The notes beneath the pieces were generated by a model. That model worked only from the letters and a program-made list of their open reading frames with translations. It was not told where the DNA came from and did not search any database. From IMG/VR virus record IMGVR_UViG_3300029288_007050, positions 32,001-96,000 of that record: a DNA stretch of 64,000 nt; one strand, written 5' to 3'. Positions within the stretch are counted from its first letter, which is position 1, and the number at the start of each line of letters is the position of its first letter. Shown here piece by piece: positions 38,801 through 47,623 of the stretch. The stretch is from a virus. Lineage: Duplodnaviria > Caudoviricetes. A program made the translations under genes and the position numbers.

Positions 38801-40145
38801 CATTGCATTGAATATATCTAGTCGAACCATCTACAGGATTCATATACAAAGAAGAAGCAGTAAGATTCACACCAGAACCGAGTATCAAATCTCCAGTTAG
38901 TCTTTGTTGACTTGAACTAAAATTTAAAGTAGGCGAATTAGTGACATCAGCACAATTCAATTTACAAATCCAAATATATTGATCTGGCATCGTCACAGTT
39001 TGACTTCCAGTCGAGAACGAATTAGCATCAAATATTGCCGTATCATGACATATAGGATACGTAGCGCCACCACTTCCTCCAGATGAATCTGACCAATGAG
39101 CTGTATCATACCAGTATCCCGCGTCTCCAATCCAATATCTGTTAACTGGTGTCGTAAAAGTTATTCCCGAATTGTTTCCATTGTTTCCTATAGACGTACC
39201 CGTCCAAGTAGCTGATCCAGAACCTATGATATCTCTAAAATCTACATTGCTCATAGATACCGAACCATTACATGTTATTGTTCGTTGTGCTCCGCTCCCA
39301 TATATACTCAAACGATACCTATTCTGAGAATATCCAGAAATAGTTAACGAATTATTAACAATGATGTCATTACTAAGATACCAAAATCTACCAGATGACG
39401 AAGTGATTTGAAAAGTTAAATCATCAAAACTGACACCAGTACCAGTTACACCTCTGCTATACGCTCCCGAAGATTCTAAAACGACTGTTTTGTAAGCTAA
39501 ACCACCACTAGCAAATGTAGTACCGTTCGAATTTATCGTCGAAGTACCGACATTGAAAGTAAGATTAGTAATTGTACCAAAGTTCCAATAATAACAATTA
39601 ATTGCACTAGAACCTAAAGTAAGAGTTCGAACGTTAGAATTGCTTGACGCAAAATAAGCACATGTTATAGTTTGATCGTTCGAAATTAAAGTACCGTTGT
39701 TTAAAGTGATGTCGCCGCCGCTAAAGCCACTTGTATTGTTCCACTCGTCTTGAATAGTCCATTCACCACCGACGCCATTAAAATATACGTCGTTTTTCAT
39801 TACCAAACCATTAAATGTCAAAGTTTTTCCAGATGTCGTCGCCTCTAAATAAATACGACCAGCATAAGTTCTAGTCATAGTGCTATCCATCGTCAAAGAA
39901 CCATAGACGTATAAATATCTAGAACTAGAACCAGCAAAAGTGCCAGTATATCCAGTGAAATCCAAATCATTACAACTAACATTCACTGTCACAGTACAAA
40001 TACCGCCACCCGAATTAGCAGTAAAATAAACATTATCCGAAGATGTCGGAACTGAAAATCCACCACTACCACCGTCTGAGTCTGACCAATTTGTAGTTGT
40101 AGAAGCGTCCCAGTTTCCTGTTCCGCCTACCCAATATCGGTCCAT
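32847..40145 (-). CDS. giant (2432 aa) virion appendage/adhesin-like protein with split LamG domain and repeat blocks
   Basis: two RYWVGG/RYWIG..W.D...WS modules, LamG motifs FDGIDDYV...WHHYVLTYDG...IDEVRVYNRALS, same repeats as the neighbouring gene. Confidence 0.75.
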   Translation of the reverse strand: MDRYWVGGTGNWDASTTTNWSDSDGGSGGFSVPTSSDNVYFTANSGGGICTVTVNVSCNDLDFTGYTGTFAGSSSRYLYVYGSLTMDSTMTRTYAGRIYLEATTSGKTLTFNGLVMKNDVYFNGVGGEWTIQDEWNNTSGFSGGDITLNNGTLISNDQTITCAYFASSNSNVRTLTLGSSAINCYYWNFGTITNLTFNVGTSTINSNGTTFASGGLAYKTVVLESSGAYSRGVTGTGVSFDDLTFQITSSSGRFWYLSNDIIVNNSLTISGYSQNRYRLSIYGSGAQRTITCNGSVSMSNVDFRDIIGSGSATWTGTSIGNNGNNSGITFTTPVNRYWIGDAGYWYDTAHWSDSSGGSGGATYPICHDTAIFDANSFSTGSQTVTMPDQYIWICKLNCADVTNSPTLNFSSSQQRLTGDLILGSGVNLTASSLYMNPVDGSTRYIQCNGGTVSVSTLALVSDATFQLLDDFVGISIDHQEGTFDANNHDLTLSGGFQSVTSSTRTIHMGSGMWQLGYWYVTSSNLTLDTGTSTIKLVGTAGVFLNDNGTGVTYPTVWVYSSGTDYAYILYSNSITTLKVEPGLTLWFWSGYSQTITNFDAVGTVGNMITLLSDGTWNLIKSGSGQISCDYLDISYSAATPADTWYAGVNSNNTTGNSGWVFDTPGWKLSPSDSLSMDESKKTGSEFTILKNESSSILEASKSASTKQKIDNLSLAELRKTGMTKKIIDALHLSPKEFDVQRGTQTLSAGVATATIDLATPVPVGRSFPIVSVRSDNYRTSRTLATATLQNEVDGYYTQLYIRRSYTTDTTAIYCWQVITGRNFTVQTFEKTLTADTEDNQSVSEVDLSKAFLLITMRTSFTGVLGGLVGAKFTSTTNVNLMRGSGGSETVVRVYVVEWEGAYVQSGEKQWTGSVQNMDETINRIDTTKSFVLFNQRMQNYDTNPGIIFGRLYITSPTNLHFHKWLYYSSGDHGTFNWFVIQHPSINVKSAVGSSTTGTESSWYLSTTPDLDHSFAPTSLIGHAGNNTNANTSLQYAYNTHEMSVLVPGVEMHYVRRSASNSPYSMYPSTFMVEATTENPVKGVDKVESESVEITESRVKQILKAFSDLEILSDSFLKRESTKSLAETLMLTETFKKEFGLSKDETLSLIESASNVLTFNRSKFENIDLTDNIARTSAFERIITDAVSITEFLQSVNVFDRNLTEVVSLAETLSKSTGKSLEETLSFLESLHKLNSFYKSEVLTITELHTSNILQKLIENITLLQTDSPSKNVFLDIPVQLSLIDLLARESSEHLNDFVNFVDLIVPASSTSRKFLESFSIIESVQKSTGLSKNDSIVLVDLVSRIVETKKELDDSFALVEFYAPVSVFERTLSEVLSLTEIITKHSDIRLSESLAFVEVLQKWSGSEKHLFDSESFIESLTKTANISKSEALDILESIIKTSSTFKILSDTAWINRLGGSLSFDGIDDYVDAGNAASLDITDAITLEAWAKDPVFTNELTSLRTENSKTFRVANNKNRLETSMGAIHYKDDYKNSNEEWKDIDLTWKNNKITKAPYELTRNGNKATIRDKKTGEISSIELLESNSSEFEIIPETNKISFRHSISSSDLPFEAKFKVTGKIPFATRAFDEEGTHEIETTLKNGILTERLEKLSRKAKGEIKIDPTWQVGQSTDDANRRLDPWFFSLIFANVWAGAHSTASRYGSGMRFTNITIPKGATISDGTHLHLRAYASYAGGVVRTRISAENVDDADTFLDDADVFDSRWANRTLTRVDWDDIPEWTTNLEYDSPEIKTVIKEIVDREGWVSGNDIMIFWEDFDDRSDHVVAARRAGYSYDGSSTYAPKLIIEYVEPGANKQIINKGHDAYSLEMTDTGTSLKGYINNVEISTTIATPLQWHHYVLTYDGAYQRLFIDGILKNSSLLSGAINTNATVLKMGDLFSGNIDEVRVYNRALSSNEIFQHYQGIFQNETGLRGLWNMDAGSGDLVADSSGQGNNGTRYGATWSQEGAPKILNHSSAVGSSRSDSLSMSETLEKEFIKKNIDSLIIADVYKTLTNKILSDDVLLSEVKATRSETFKALASSLILTETLSKTTGVSLSDSFSFIDIFTRAFASERSLSDSVTLAEILNTLSSYKKTLTEVLAIAESITQNQRLPLKDSLIIVENILTTSVISRSFTDSVELLENIIKMFDSRQSTEFGLTDLSIKNIALSRNEQISFVEALIKSLNLNRFEALTILESFIKIQEINKQETIQISEGIKRIFSLQNADLIVFSEALSKEATKQKVENISFVDSMSSRSIFQRSLNESLLLDENISILVPKYLTITDLLALSETIKKGMTIPHGEILIISEEDVKELDKSIFETFNIDENIREENIYGVDLVDQVSLVETLSKQYGVSFSDALALADSIRLYESEPLGEFTPLMTKSKRGKTILLTK

Positions 40146-40150
40146 GTTAA

Positions 40151-40765
40151 TTAATTAAAATTATTTCGAAAAACACTAAGATCTATAGATTTGCAATGTT
40201 TACTAATATAATCGAGATGAGTATAAATTTTAAAACCTGCCTTCTTGACTTTTTCTGAAAAAGCTAAATCTAAACCCTTTATTTCAACACCATATATCTT
40301 ATCATAAATTCGTTCAAACGGTCTCTCCAAGCGTTCTAGAACAGCTCTTGAACACAATATAACTCCTGTTCCAGTTGCGTCTACCTCAATAAGACCAGAA
40401 TCTTTATTTTTCTCATAATCTACTGGTATTAAATATTCGTCGTTTTTATCATATTTATAAATATTCAAAACTAGCTTATGCTGATAAATCCACACTGGAC
40501 AACTAACTACATCTAAATTCAAATCAACGAGTTTTAATGGATTATGCGCTGGCACATTATCACAGTCTATTTGGAGCAAATAATCTGAATCTGATTCTAA
40601 AAATCTTTTGACTATGTCATTTCTATTGTTTTCAATGGGTCTTAATTTTGAAGACTCGAAATAAACAGTATGTCTGTCTCTTACTTCGTCTAACCAACGG
40701 GGTAATCTTATAGTAAGTTCGTCAACTACTAGACCTTCATTTAATATTGAAAAATGAATTTTCAT
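40151..40765 (-). CDS. GT2-like glycosyltransferase
   Basis: RNDIV..FL, IDCD, DATGTG, DLAF, H. Confidence 0.75.
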   Translation of the reverse strand: MKIHFSILNEGLVVDELTIRLPRWLDEVRDRHTVYFESSKLRPIENNRNDIVKRFLESDSDYLLQIDCDNVPAHNPLKLVDLNLDVVSCPVWIYQHKLVLNIYKYDKNDEYLIPVDYEKNKDSGLIEVDATGTGVILCSRAVLERLERPFERIYDKIYGVEIKGLDLAFSEKVKKAGFKIYTHLDYISKHCKSIDLSVFRNNFN

Positions 40766-41472
40766 TCGATTGGTTTGTTTTCCTTAAAGTTTGTTTTTAT
40801 TTTTTGGATATGCTCTCGCATACCTTTATTCCATTCATTTTTTGCTTCCTCTGAAAGATGACTTAAATAATATTCTTCAGTGATAACATTTTCGTTTCCT
40901 AAATGCCCGATTTTAATGTCTGTATCAATAAATATCTTATAACCTATCTTCCGTGCATTTTCACAGAACGTAAGATCACTACTAAATATGTTGTCTCTAT
41001 AATAATACCAAGGTTTATCTGAAAATTCTTCTTTCAACTTTCTGAAAACTTCAGTCTTAATTAGATGAGCAGCCATACCCGTCGCATCGACTGAAAGAAG
41101 ACCAGAAGTATAAGACATCGTCTCATAACATTTTTCTTTTTCATTCCAAGAAAAAATGCAAGGATAGTGAGGAGAAGTACGTCTAAACGCAAGAGCGTTT
41201 ACCATCGGCAGATCATGACTAAAAAGATTTACAAGCAGATCTGGACCAAAAACCATATCTGCGTCTATAAAAAAAACATAGTCCGAGTTCGTGTCTAAAG
41301 CATGTTGGACTATGCGGTTTCGAGAAAAAGGTAATTGATAACCCGATACAATATTTATGTCTATGTCACTGTTTGCTGGATAACGTAAACTCATCAACGA
41401 CTGTACAAATTTTCTATGAAAATAATCTGTAGCCGTTGGTATGCCTATTAAAATTTTAATTCTTTTGTCCAT
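40762..41472 (-). CDS. GT2-like glycosyltransferase
   Basis: IGIPT, RNRIV, FIDADM, DATG, DLTFC, IGH. Confidence 0.8.
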   Translation of the reverse strand: MDKRIKILIGIPTATDYFHRKFVQSLMSLRYPANSDIDINIVSGYQLPFSRNRIVQHALDTNSDYVFFIDADMVFGPDLLVNLFSHDLPMVNALAFRRTSPHYPCIFSWNEKEKCYETMSYTSGLLSVDATGMAAHLIKTEVFRKLKEEFSDKPWYYYRDNIFSSDLTFCENARKIGYKIFIDTDIKIGHLGNENVITEEYYLSHLSEEAKNEWNKGMREHIQKIKTNFKENKPIE

Positions 41473-41499
41473 AAACTACAAACATTAAACCTGTTTTTA

Positions 41500-41572
41500 C
41501 TAACATAGCCTCTCTACCTCAGCTTCAGCATTTTCAGAGAGGCAGTAATGCTCAAACTGAGGAGTACGTTAG
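41500..41572 (-). ncRNA. pseudoknotted cis-RNA element A (unknown class)
   Basis: P1 CTAACGTA/TATGTTAG, P2 CCTCAGTTT/AAGCTGAGG, G.G, P3 AGCATT/AATGCT, loop GCCTCTCT pairs with AGAGAGGC. Confidence 0.7.
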
Positions 41573-41640
41573 GTAGTTGCTTAGCTGTTCGAACAGCTAA
41601 ACTACAACATGTGACGTCGTATAGACATCACTCATATAGT

Positions 41641-42120
41641 TTAGCTAGCACCAACCGTAACAGTCCAAGTGATTGTTAGAGTGTCAGAAGCACCTTTGTT
41701 GATGACAGAAAAGGTTGAAGCTGCAAGCATTGTACCAGCGACTGAAGAATTGAAAATACCTGCCTCTGTCAATGCTCCAGTAGCATCTCCAGCAGCCCAT
41801 GTCGCTTTATATACGACATCGTTGTCATCACCACCAGATTGCTGTTCTGGATAACCTCCAGACAAAGCGTTTCTGTCGATTTCATCCGTCAAAGTCGTGG
41901 AAGAAGTAGTGAAAGGAGTATCACCTGAACCTACAGCCATCCAACCCATTGCTGCTTCAGCTGGTGTTGCTGCTAATTGGTCAGCTACGTGTGCGTCACC
42001 GACAGCCATAAAAGTATTTTCTTTTTCAACGATCTGTTTTACGTTTCCGTCTTTGTCAAAAAGTTCAATCTTGATATAACCCTTCATTAACGTACCATCT
42101 TTTGTTTTTGTTTCAATCAT
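41641..42120 (-). CDS. virion structural protein
   Basis: MAVGSG...L..E..R, TEAGIFN, INKGASDTLTITWTVT, seen in phage fibre/collar-type proteins. Confidence 0.65.
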   Translation of the reverse strand: MIETKTKDGTLMKGYIKIELFDKDGNVKQIVEKENTFMAVGDAHVADQLAATPAEAAMGWMAVGSGDTPFTTSSTTLTDEIDRNALSGGYPEQQSGGDDNDVVYKATWAAGDATGALTEAGIFNSSVAGTMLAASTFSVINKGASDTLTITWTVTVGAS

Positions 42121-42124
42121 GTTT

Positions 42125-42328
42125 TTACTTGCTAGCTTCTTTGATCGGCACAAGAGTGTCTACTTCGATTTCTTTTTTCTCTTTCTTTACAGTATAACCA
42201 GGAATAGTGACATTGCCTTTTGCTGCTAAAAGAACTGCAGAAGAAGCATCTATTTCTAGAGTATCACCAGCTTTGCGCAAAGCACCATTCTTCATCATAG
42301 GTGTAATGAATTTAACTTTTACTCTCAT
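42125..42328 (-). CDS. small hypothetical protein
   Basis: 67 aa, G...AGDTLEI..A..L motif common near head genes. Confidence 0.55.
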   Translation of the reverse strand: MRVKVKFITPMMKNGALRKAGDTLEIDASSAVLLAAKGNVTIPGYTVKKEKKEIEVDTLVPIKEASK

Positions 42329-42381
42329 GTTTTTAAGAAGCTATTACTTTTTTTAATTATTCACCGGCTAAGTCGACCTCT

Positions 42382-43872
42382 TTAACCGTGCTTTTTTTCT
42401 TGATGTTTTTTCAATCGTCTCAAGCTGGTTGTAGTGTAATCACAGTATTTGCATTTCCTTATTATTTTTCCTTTTTCATTCTTTTTGTTTTCTTCATTTT
42501 CTGTCGTTTTTCTAGATTCGTCATTTTCTTTGATTTCTTCTGGTTTCTCTTCTTTTGTCTCTTCAACGGTTTGTTCTTTTACTTCTTCTTGTGTTTCTTC
42601 AGTATTTGTAGTTTCTCCAGTTTCTTCAGTATTTTCTTCTTTCTGTTCCTCTGCGTCCTGTTCTTTCGTTTCTTCCTCAGTCGTTTCTTCTTTTTCAGAA
42701 TCTTCAGTCTCGTTTTCTTCTTCAACTTCAGCTTTTTCAGTTTCAGTATCCTGATCTCCCTGTTCTTCTAATTCATCAAGTTCCTCTACAAAATCGTCTT
42801 CAACTTCTACTTTTTCTACGACTAACCTGGGATTGTTTTTAGCCCACTCAGGAACTTCAGCAAACAATTTGCTTTCACCCTGGATCATGTTTGGGTCTTG
42901 TCTGAAGTTGCTTGGTGACGTAACTTTGTACATTGTTTTCATATAGATTGGTTGCTTTTTAATTTCAACTTTCTCTTCTTTTTGTTTTTCGACTATTTTT
43001 TCTCCGAATACTTTTTTGCTCTTCGCGTATACTAGACAGTTTTCTAAGAATTCTTCAAACGTAGATGAAAAATTCCGAATTTTGTCAAACGCGCTTCGTT
43101 CAAAAAACATCGGATACAGAGATTTAGATGCTTTCATGCACCATACCTCGTCATTATCTATTTTACTCCATCTTTTGCGATCTGTAAAATAACCGTCGTT
43201 ATTTTTTCTTTGACCATAAGTATTGTCGATATGATATACACTCAGATCTTCTATTATTAAGAATTTTCCGATCCTTTTCGCGTGATCGTAGAGAATAGAA
43301 TCTATTCCCCATTTCTCAACAGTGTTTTCTAGTTCTTTACCTTCAAGTCTTTTGAACGTTCTGAACATTATATTCGGAAACATCATGCAACAGCCATATA
43401 TAATTGGCGCTTCGACCTTTATAGCATGACCTCCATAGAATTGAATCGGTGCACTATATCTATCAACGTTTATTATTCCTTCTGATCTCGGTGTTGCACC
43501 GCCTATTTTATCTGGATATTTAAAGTTTTCAATCATTTCAACAAACAAATTGCTGCTTAGTATTTCTATGTCACTGTCTAACTTTACATAGTAATCATAA
43601 TCTAAAGGTATGTATTTCAAATTCCAGTAAAAACTCTTATAGATACCCATTCTTTTATTGTTTATAAAAAGATTGAAACCATATTTCTTCTTAAGACCGA
43701 AAAGCATCTCTTCTGTTTCTTCATCAGAATGATCATCAAAGACAAAATGATCAAACTGGCATCCAGCTCTTTTATAAAGACTTTTAAAAGAACGTTCGAT
43801 ATATTCTGGTCGATTAAAAGTCAATGAAATCACACAGACCGTTGGTTGTTTTATTTCTTCAAATTTTTTCAT
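42382..43872 (-). CDS. GT2 glycosyltransferase fused to an acidic linker and a C2H2 zinc finger
   Basis: TFNR, DDHS, KLDSD; E-rich stretch; CKYC...HQEKKH. Confidence 0.8.
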   Translation of the reverse strand: MKKFEEIKQPTVCVISLTFNRPEYIERSFKSLYKRAGCQFDHFVFDDHSDEETEEMLFGLKKKYGFNLFINNKRMGIYKSFYWNLKYIPLDYDYYVKLDSDIEILSSNLFVEMIENFKYPDKIGGATPRSEGIINVDRYSAPIQFYGGHAIKVEAPIIYGCCMMFPNIMFRTFKRLEGKELENTVEKWGIDSILYDHAKRIGKFLIIEDLSVYHIDNTYGQRKNNDGYFTDRKRWSKIDNDEVWCMKASKSLYPMFFERSAFDKIRNFSSTFEEFLENCLVYAKSKKVFGEKIVEKQKEEKVEIKKQPIYMKTMYKVTSPSNFRQDPNMIQGESKLFAEVPEWAKNNPRLVVEKVEVEDDFVEELDELEEQGDQDTETEKAEVEEENETEDSEKEETTEEETKEQDAEEQKEENTEETGETTNTEETQEEVKEQTVEETKEEKPEEIKENDESRKTTENEENKKNEKGKIIRKCKYCDYTTTSLRRLKKHQEKKHG

Positions 43873-44908
43873 TTTTTAAACTATTTATTATCTCGACTAT
43901 TTTTTCTGAAGTCTTCCCATCACCGAATGGATTTCGATCGACGTTGACTTCCTTCGTTGCGAATTCTTTGATTCTATTTACAATATAGTCCTTTTCCATC
44001 TTTTCTACAAGAATACCATAACCACTTTCAATAATTTCTTGTCGTTCAGTAGTCTTTCTCAATACTACGATCTTTTTTCCAAAAGAAGGAGCTTCTTCCT
44101 GAACTCCACCAGAATCAGTAATGACATATTCACAATCACGTAAATACCATAAAAAGTCAACATAATTCATTGGTTTAACTACTTCTAAACCTATCTTCTT
44201 AATAGCTTCTTGTACGTTTGGATTCGGGTGTGCTGGTAATATAACTTTTGTTGTTTTTGAAATTTCTTTAAGAGCTTCAAAAATATTGAGTATATCTGTT
44301 CCAAAGCTTTCTCTTCTATGAACAGTTGCTAAAATATATTTTTCTTTGATCGGTCTTTCCTTTGGAAGACTCGATCTAATCATCGTTAAAGCATCTATAA
44401 TCGTATTTCCGACTAAATATATTTTCCCTTTAACGTTTTCTTTTTTAAGATTATCAACAGCTCTACTTGTTGGAGCAAACATAATATCCGAAAGGCTATC
44501 AATGACAGTTCTAAACATTTCTTCAGGAAATGGGTTGTTTCTATCATACGAACGTAGACCAGCTTCATTATGAACTAGAGGTATCCTATTCATATACGCA
44601 ACTAAAGCTCCAGCTAAACAAGAAGCAGTATCACCGTGTACCCAAATTCTACTAAATTCATTTTCTTTAAAAACTCCATCTAATGCAGTCATGCATTTTG
44701 ATGTGAATTCGGGTAATGTTTGGTTTTCAGTCATCAGTTTTAAATCTATGTCTGGGACGATGTCAAATATTTTATACATCTCGTCTGCTAGTTCTCTATG
44801 TTGTCCAGTATGAATGACAAACGCGTCCATCTTTTTGATAAGTGGTGCTAGTTTGATAACAGTGGGTCTAGCTCCAAGTATAAAACATTCTTTTTTATTT
44901 TTTGTCAT
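43859..44908 (-). CDS. wecB: UDP-N-acetylglucosamine 2-epimerase (non-hydrolysing)
   Basis: GARP..IKLAP, HTGQH, HGDT, EAGLRS, PFPEE, HRRE, TDSGGVQEEA, ERQE, PFGDG. Confidence 0.95.
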   Translation of the reverse strand: MTKNKKECFILGARPTVIKLAPLIKKMDAFVIHTGQHRELADEMYKIFDIVPDIDLKLMTENQTLPEFTSKCMTALDGVFKENEFSRIWVHGDTASCLAGALVAYMNRIPLVHNEAGLRSYDRNNPFPEEMFRTVIDSLSDIMFAPTSRAVDNLKKENVKGKIYLVGNTIIDALTMIRSSLPKERPIKEKYILATVHRRESFGTDILNIFEALKEISKTTKVILPAHPNPNVQEAIKKIGLEVVKPMNYVDFLWYLRDCEYVITDSGGVQEEAPSFGKKIVVLRKTTERQEIIESGYGILVEKMEKDYIVNRIKEFATKEVNVDRNPFGDGKTSEKIVEIINSLKNEKI

Positions 44909-46278
44909 GATAAATGTGTTTTATCATATTTGAAATGCTCGAAAACATTAGAAATAAAACCTCCTGGTTCAAATCCATGTTTCTTTTTAAAATATTCTCT
45001 TCCTATTTTTCTTCTTTCGCCTCTTGAGTCTGGTGCGTTTGGATCAGTCGAAGAAATAGACGCAAAATGACGACATAAAACATTATTTGTCCAGCGCCAA
45101 CTATATCCTTTCATCAACATTCGATAAATAATGTCATTATCTTGTCCACCACCGACACCGAATTCTTCATCAAAATAATCAACTTCTTTCATAACTTTAG
45201 CACTGAACATCATGACGCCGCCACCCCACGTATATCGTGAAAAATTGCATACTCCACTCGGTTTATCAATAAAACCACCTTCTGTTTTTGGCATTTGTTT
45301 GACGTCATATTGATTTCTATCATTCGGTTTTCCAAAAGTATAAGAAGGAACGATGAAACAAAGATCGTCTATCCAATCATTTAAAAGAACTTCAAATAAG
45401 TTTTCTGGTACTAGATAATCAGAATCGAGTTTAACTAAAAATTCGCTTTTACTATTTTTCATTCCTCTGTTCAAAGAATAAGAGACACCGAATGTTTTTT
45501 CATTTCTTAAGTATACGTCTGCTATATTTTCAAAAAACTTCGAACCAACTAACGAATTATCGTCAACGATAACCCATTCAGCATTGACTTTGTCGACTGC
45601 TTTTCTGATTGAATGAAAACATTTTTCAATAGTGTTAAAAACATTTTCACTTGGGCATAACACTGGTGTGACTACTGTTATTCGTCTCTTCTTTTTTGCT
45701 AGAAATAAGATATTATTTCCATCATTGATCGTTTTGCTTTCGACAAATGGAAAACCTGAATCGTAAAACATTTCTTCTAAGTCTTTTTTCTCAAAATACC
45801 AAAGATGTGATCTATGTTGAATCTTCACATCATTAGGTACTGTCATAATAATCTGTCCATCTTCTTTAATCATTTCATATAATTTTTTTACGAAGAGAGC
45901 TGGTTTCTCTAAATGTTCTAGTATTTGCATTGCGACTATAGTATCATATTTATCATTAGGAAGATTCAAATTTTGACAATCTGCTAATATCCATTCGTAT
46001 TCTGGAAAAAGATTTTTTGCTTTTTCTATCGCTGCTGGAGAAAAATCTAAACCACTATAGCTTTTGAATTCTATTTTATTTTCTAACATGTATTTCAAAA
46101 AGTCTCCAAAATTACTTCCTAGATCGAGTATGTTAGAATTTTTAGATACGTGTTTCAAAACCTCTAAATATCTTGGTAGTCCAGATCTTCTGACGTTAGA
46201 TTCGTATCCTTTTTTAGTTGTATTATATTCGTCCCAATATTCTGGAGAATTTATATTTATTTCGTTAGCTCTTTTCAT
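44905..46278 (-). CDS. class I SAM methyltransferase fused to GT2 glycosyltransferase
   Basis: LDLGSNFG, ILEHL; VDDNS, KLDSD, FDE.FG. Confidence 0.85.
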   Translation of the reverse strand: MKRANEININSPEYWDEYNTTKKGYESNVRRSGLPRYLEVLKHVSKNSNILDLGSNFGDFLKYMLENKIEFKSYSGLDFSPAAIEKAKNLFPEYEWILADCQNLNLPNDKYDTIVAMQILEHLEKPALFVKKLYEMIKEDGQIIMTVPNDVKIQHRSHLWYFEKKDLEEMFYDSGFPFVESKTINDGNNILFLAKKKRRITVVTPVLCPSENVFNTIEKCFHSIRKAVDKVNAEWVIVDDNSLVGSKFFENIADVYLRNEKTFGVSYSLNRGMKNSKSEFLVKLDSDYLVPENLFEVLLNDWIDDLCFIVPSYTFGKPNDRNQYDVKQMPKTEGGFIDKPSGVCNFSRYTWGGGVMMFSAKVMKEVDYFDEEFGVGGGQDNDIIYRMLMKGYSWRWTNNVLCRHFASISSTDPNAPDSRGERRKIGREYFKKKHGFEPGGFISNVFEHFKYDKTHLS

Positions 46279-46280
46279 TT

Positions 46281-46889
46281 TTAGAAGTATGTTTTAAAAT
46301 TAATTATTGCTTTTCCTACTATGTTTCTATTGTTTGAACACGTCAAAAGAACTTGAACATTACTGCTTATATTATGCAATAGATCAAATATACTCGATGG
46401 TGTAAAAGACCAGACATGTGCATTGTCTTTAATTCTTTCTTCGTTCGGTACTGTTAATATAATCATACCATTTTTTCTACATATCCGTTTTGCTTCTTCT
46501 AATGCTTTGACTGGAAAATCTATATGTTCCAATATTTCCATCAATAACACTACGTCGAATGTCTCATTTTCGAAAGGTAGCATATAACAATTAGAAACTA
46601 TCCACTTTTGTTCTGGAAATCTATTATTTGCTCTTTTGATTAACTTTTCAGAAAAATCTACACCAGTAAAAGACTTTACAGAAAAATTGTTTTCTTTAAG
46701 AAAATTATAAAAATTACCATTTAGACAACCTATATCAACAATATCTAGATTTTTTGATAACATATCTCTTACTGTCGAAAATTTGCATCTGTTTCCGCCT
46801 CTTTTCCTATCAGACTCTTGATATGCATCATTTGAAAAGCCATCCCAGTATTCTTTTGTATTTATGTTTATGTCTTTAATTCTTTTCAT
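46281..46889 (-). CDS. class I SAM-dependent methyltransferase
   Basis: VDIGCLNG, LPF...FDVV, EILEH. Confidence 0.85.
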   Translation of the reverse strand: MKRIKDININTKEYWDGFSNDAYQESDRKRGGNRCKFSTVRDMLSKNLDIVDIGCLNGNFYNFLKENNFSVKSFTGVDFSEKLIKRANNRFPEQKWIVSNCYMLPFENETFDVVLLMEILEHIDFPVKALEEAKRICRKNGMIILTVPNEERIKDNAHVWSFTPSSIFDLLHNISSNVQVLLTCSNNRNIVGKAIINFKTYF

Positions 46890-47623
46890 ATTTTTGAATA
46901 TGTGTTTTCGTCGATGCCAAAATCTTTTAAAATAGTCGAGTGTTCTTCTAATGGAACTGTTCGAAAAGTATGTTCTGTGCGCTCAGTATATCTAGATCTA
47001 TTATTCTGGCCATGAAAAAGAACTATGTATTTGCCGTCTGAAAGAATAACCGAATTCATAGCAGAGATTACCGTATCATGACCTCCTGTAGACGAACGAT
47101 ATTTCGCAGCACTTTCTAAATCCAAGTAAATGTCGTAAGGATACATAATCGTATGAAAGGGCGGACAAGGCATTCGATGATGTCTCATCTTCTTATTCAC
47201 ACAATCATAACAAAAACCTTCTTGATATATCAAAGCGCGTCTGGGTGAAAACTCATAAGATTGTATTTCTTTTACTGCATCTTTATGAAATAAATCATCA
47301 GAATCAATTCTTGTCGCGTAGATATAATCAACTTTTGGTAAGTTATTCGCTATCTTTTCACGCAAGTCGTTAACGACATCATAATATATTATAAAAGAAC
47401 GCAAACCAGATCTTTCTAAAATCTTATTTAATTTTGGTAATAAACTTTCTGGAAAACATTTTCTAAGATACATCACATAGTAAAAATCTTTGTTAGTCTG
47501 GTTTTCTAAGCTTTTCAAAGTGAAGTTTTCTAATATTTTTAGACGATGCTCGAACCAATCTGTGTCATGTCCGAAAACTTTTCTAGAAAAGTCACTATGA
47601 ATAATATGGACGAAATTTTTCAT
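46886..47623 (-). CDS. putative glycosyltransferase (rhamnosyltransferase-like)
   Basis: W...R...E.FTL.SL.NQT.KDF, TRIDSDD. Confidence 0.75.
   Translation of the reverse strand: MKNFVHIIHSDFSRKVFGHDTDWFEHRLKILENFTLKSLENQTNKDFYYVMYLRKCFPESLLPKLNKILERSGLRSFIIYYDVVNDLREKIANNLPKVDYIYATRIDSDDLFHKDAVKEIQSYEFSPRRALIYQEGFCYDCVNKKMRHHRMPCPPFHTIMYPYDIYLDLESAAKYRSSTGGHDTVISAMNSVILSDGKYIVLFHGQNNRSRYTERTEHTFRTVPLEEHSTILKDFGIDENTYSKI

Noticed and set aside
20559-40145. Diversity-generating retroelement targeting the fibre genes
   Set aside because: No reverse transcriptase and no template/variable repeat pair noticed in the window.
42388-42771. Phe/Ser-rich + strand ORFs here and at 59355-59927, and the - strand ORF at 16757-16960
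   Set aside because: Antisense shadows of Glu/Lys-rich coding regions.
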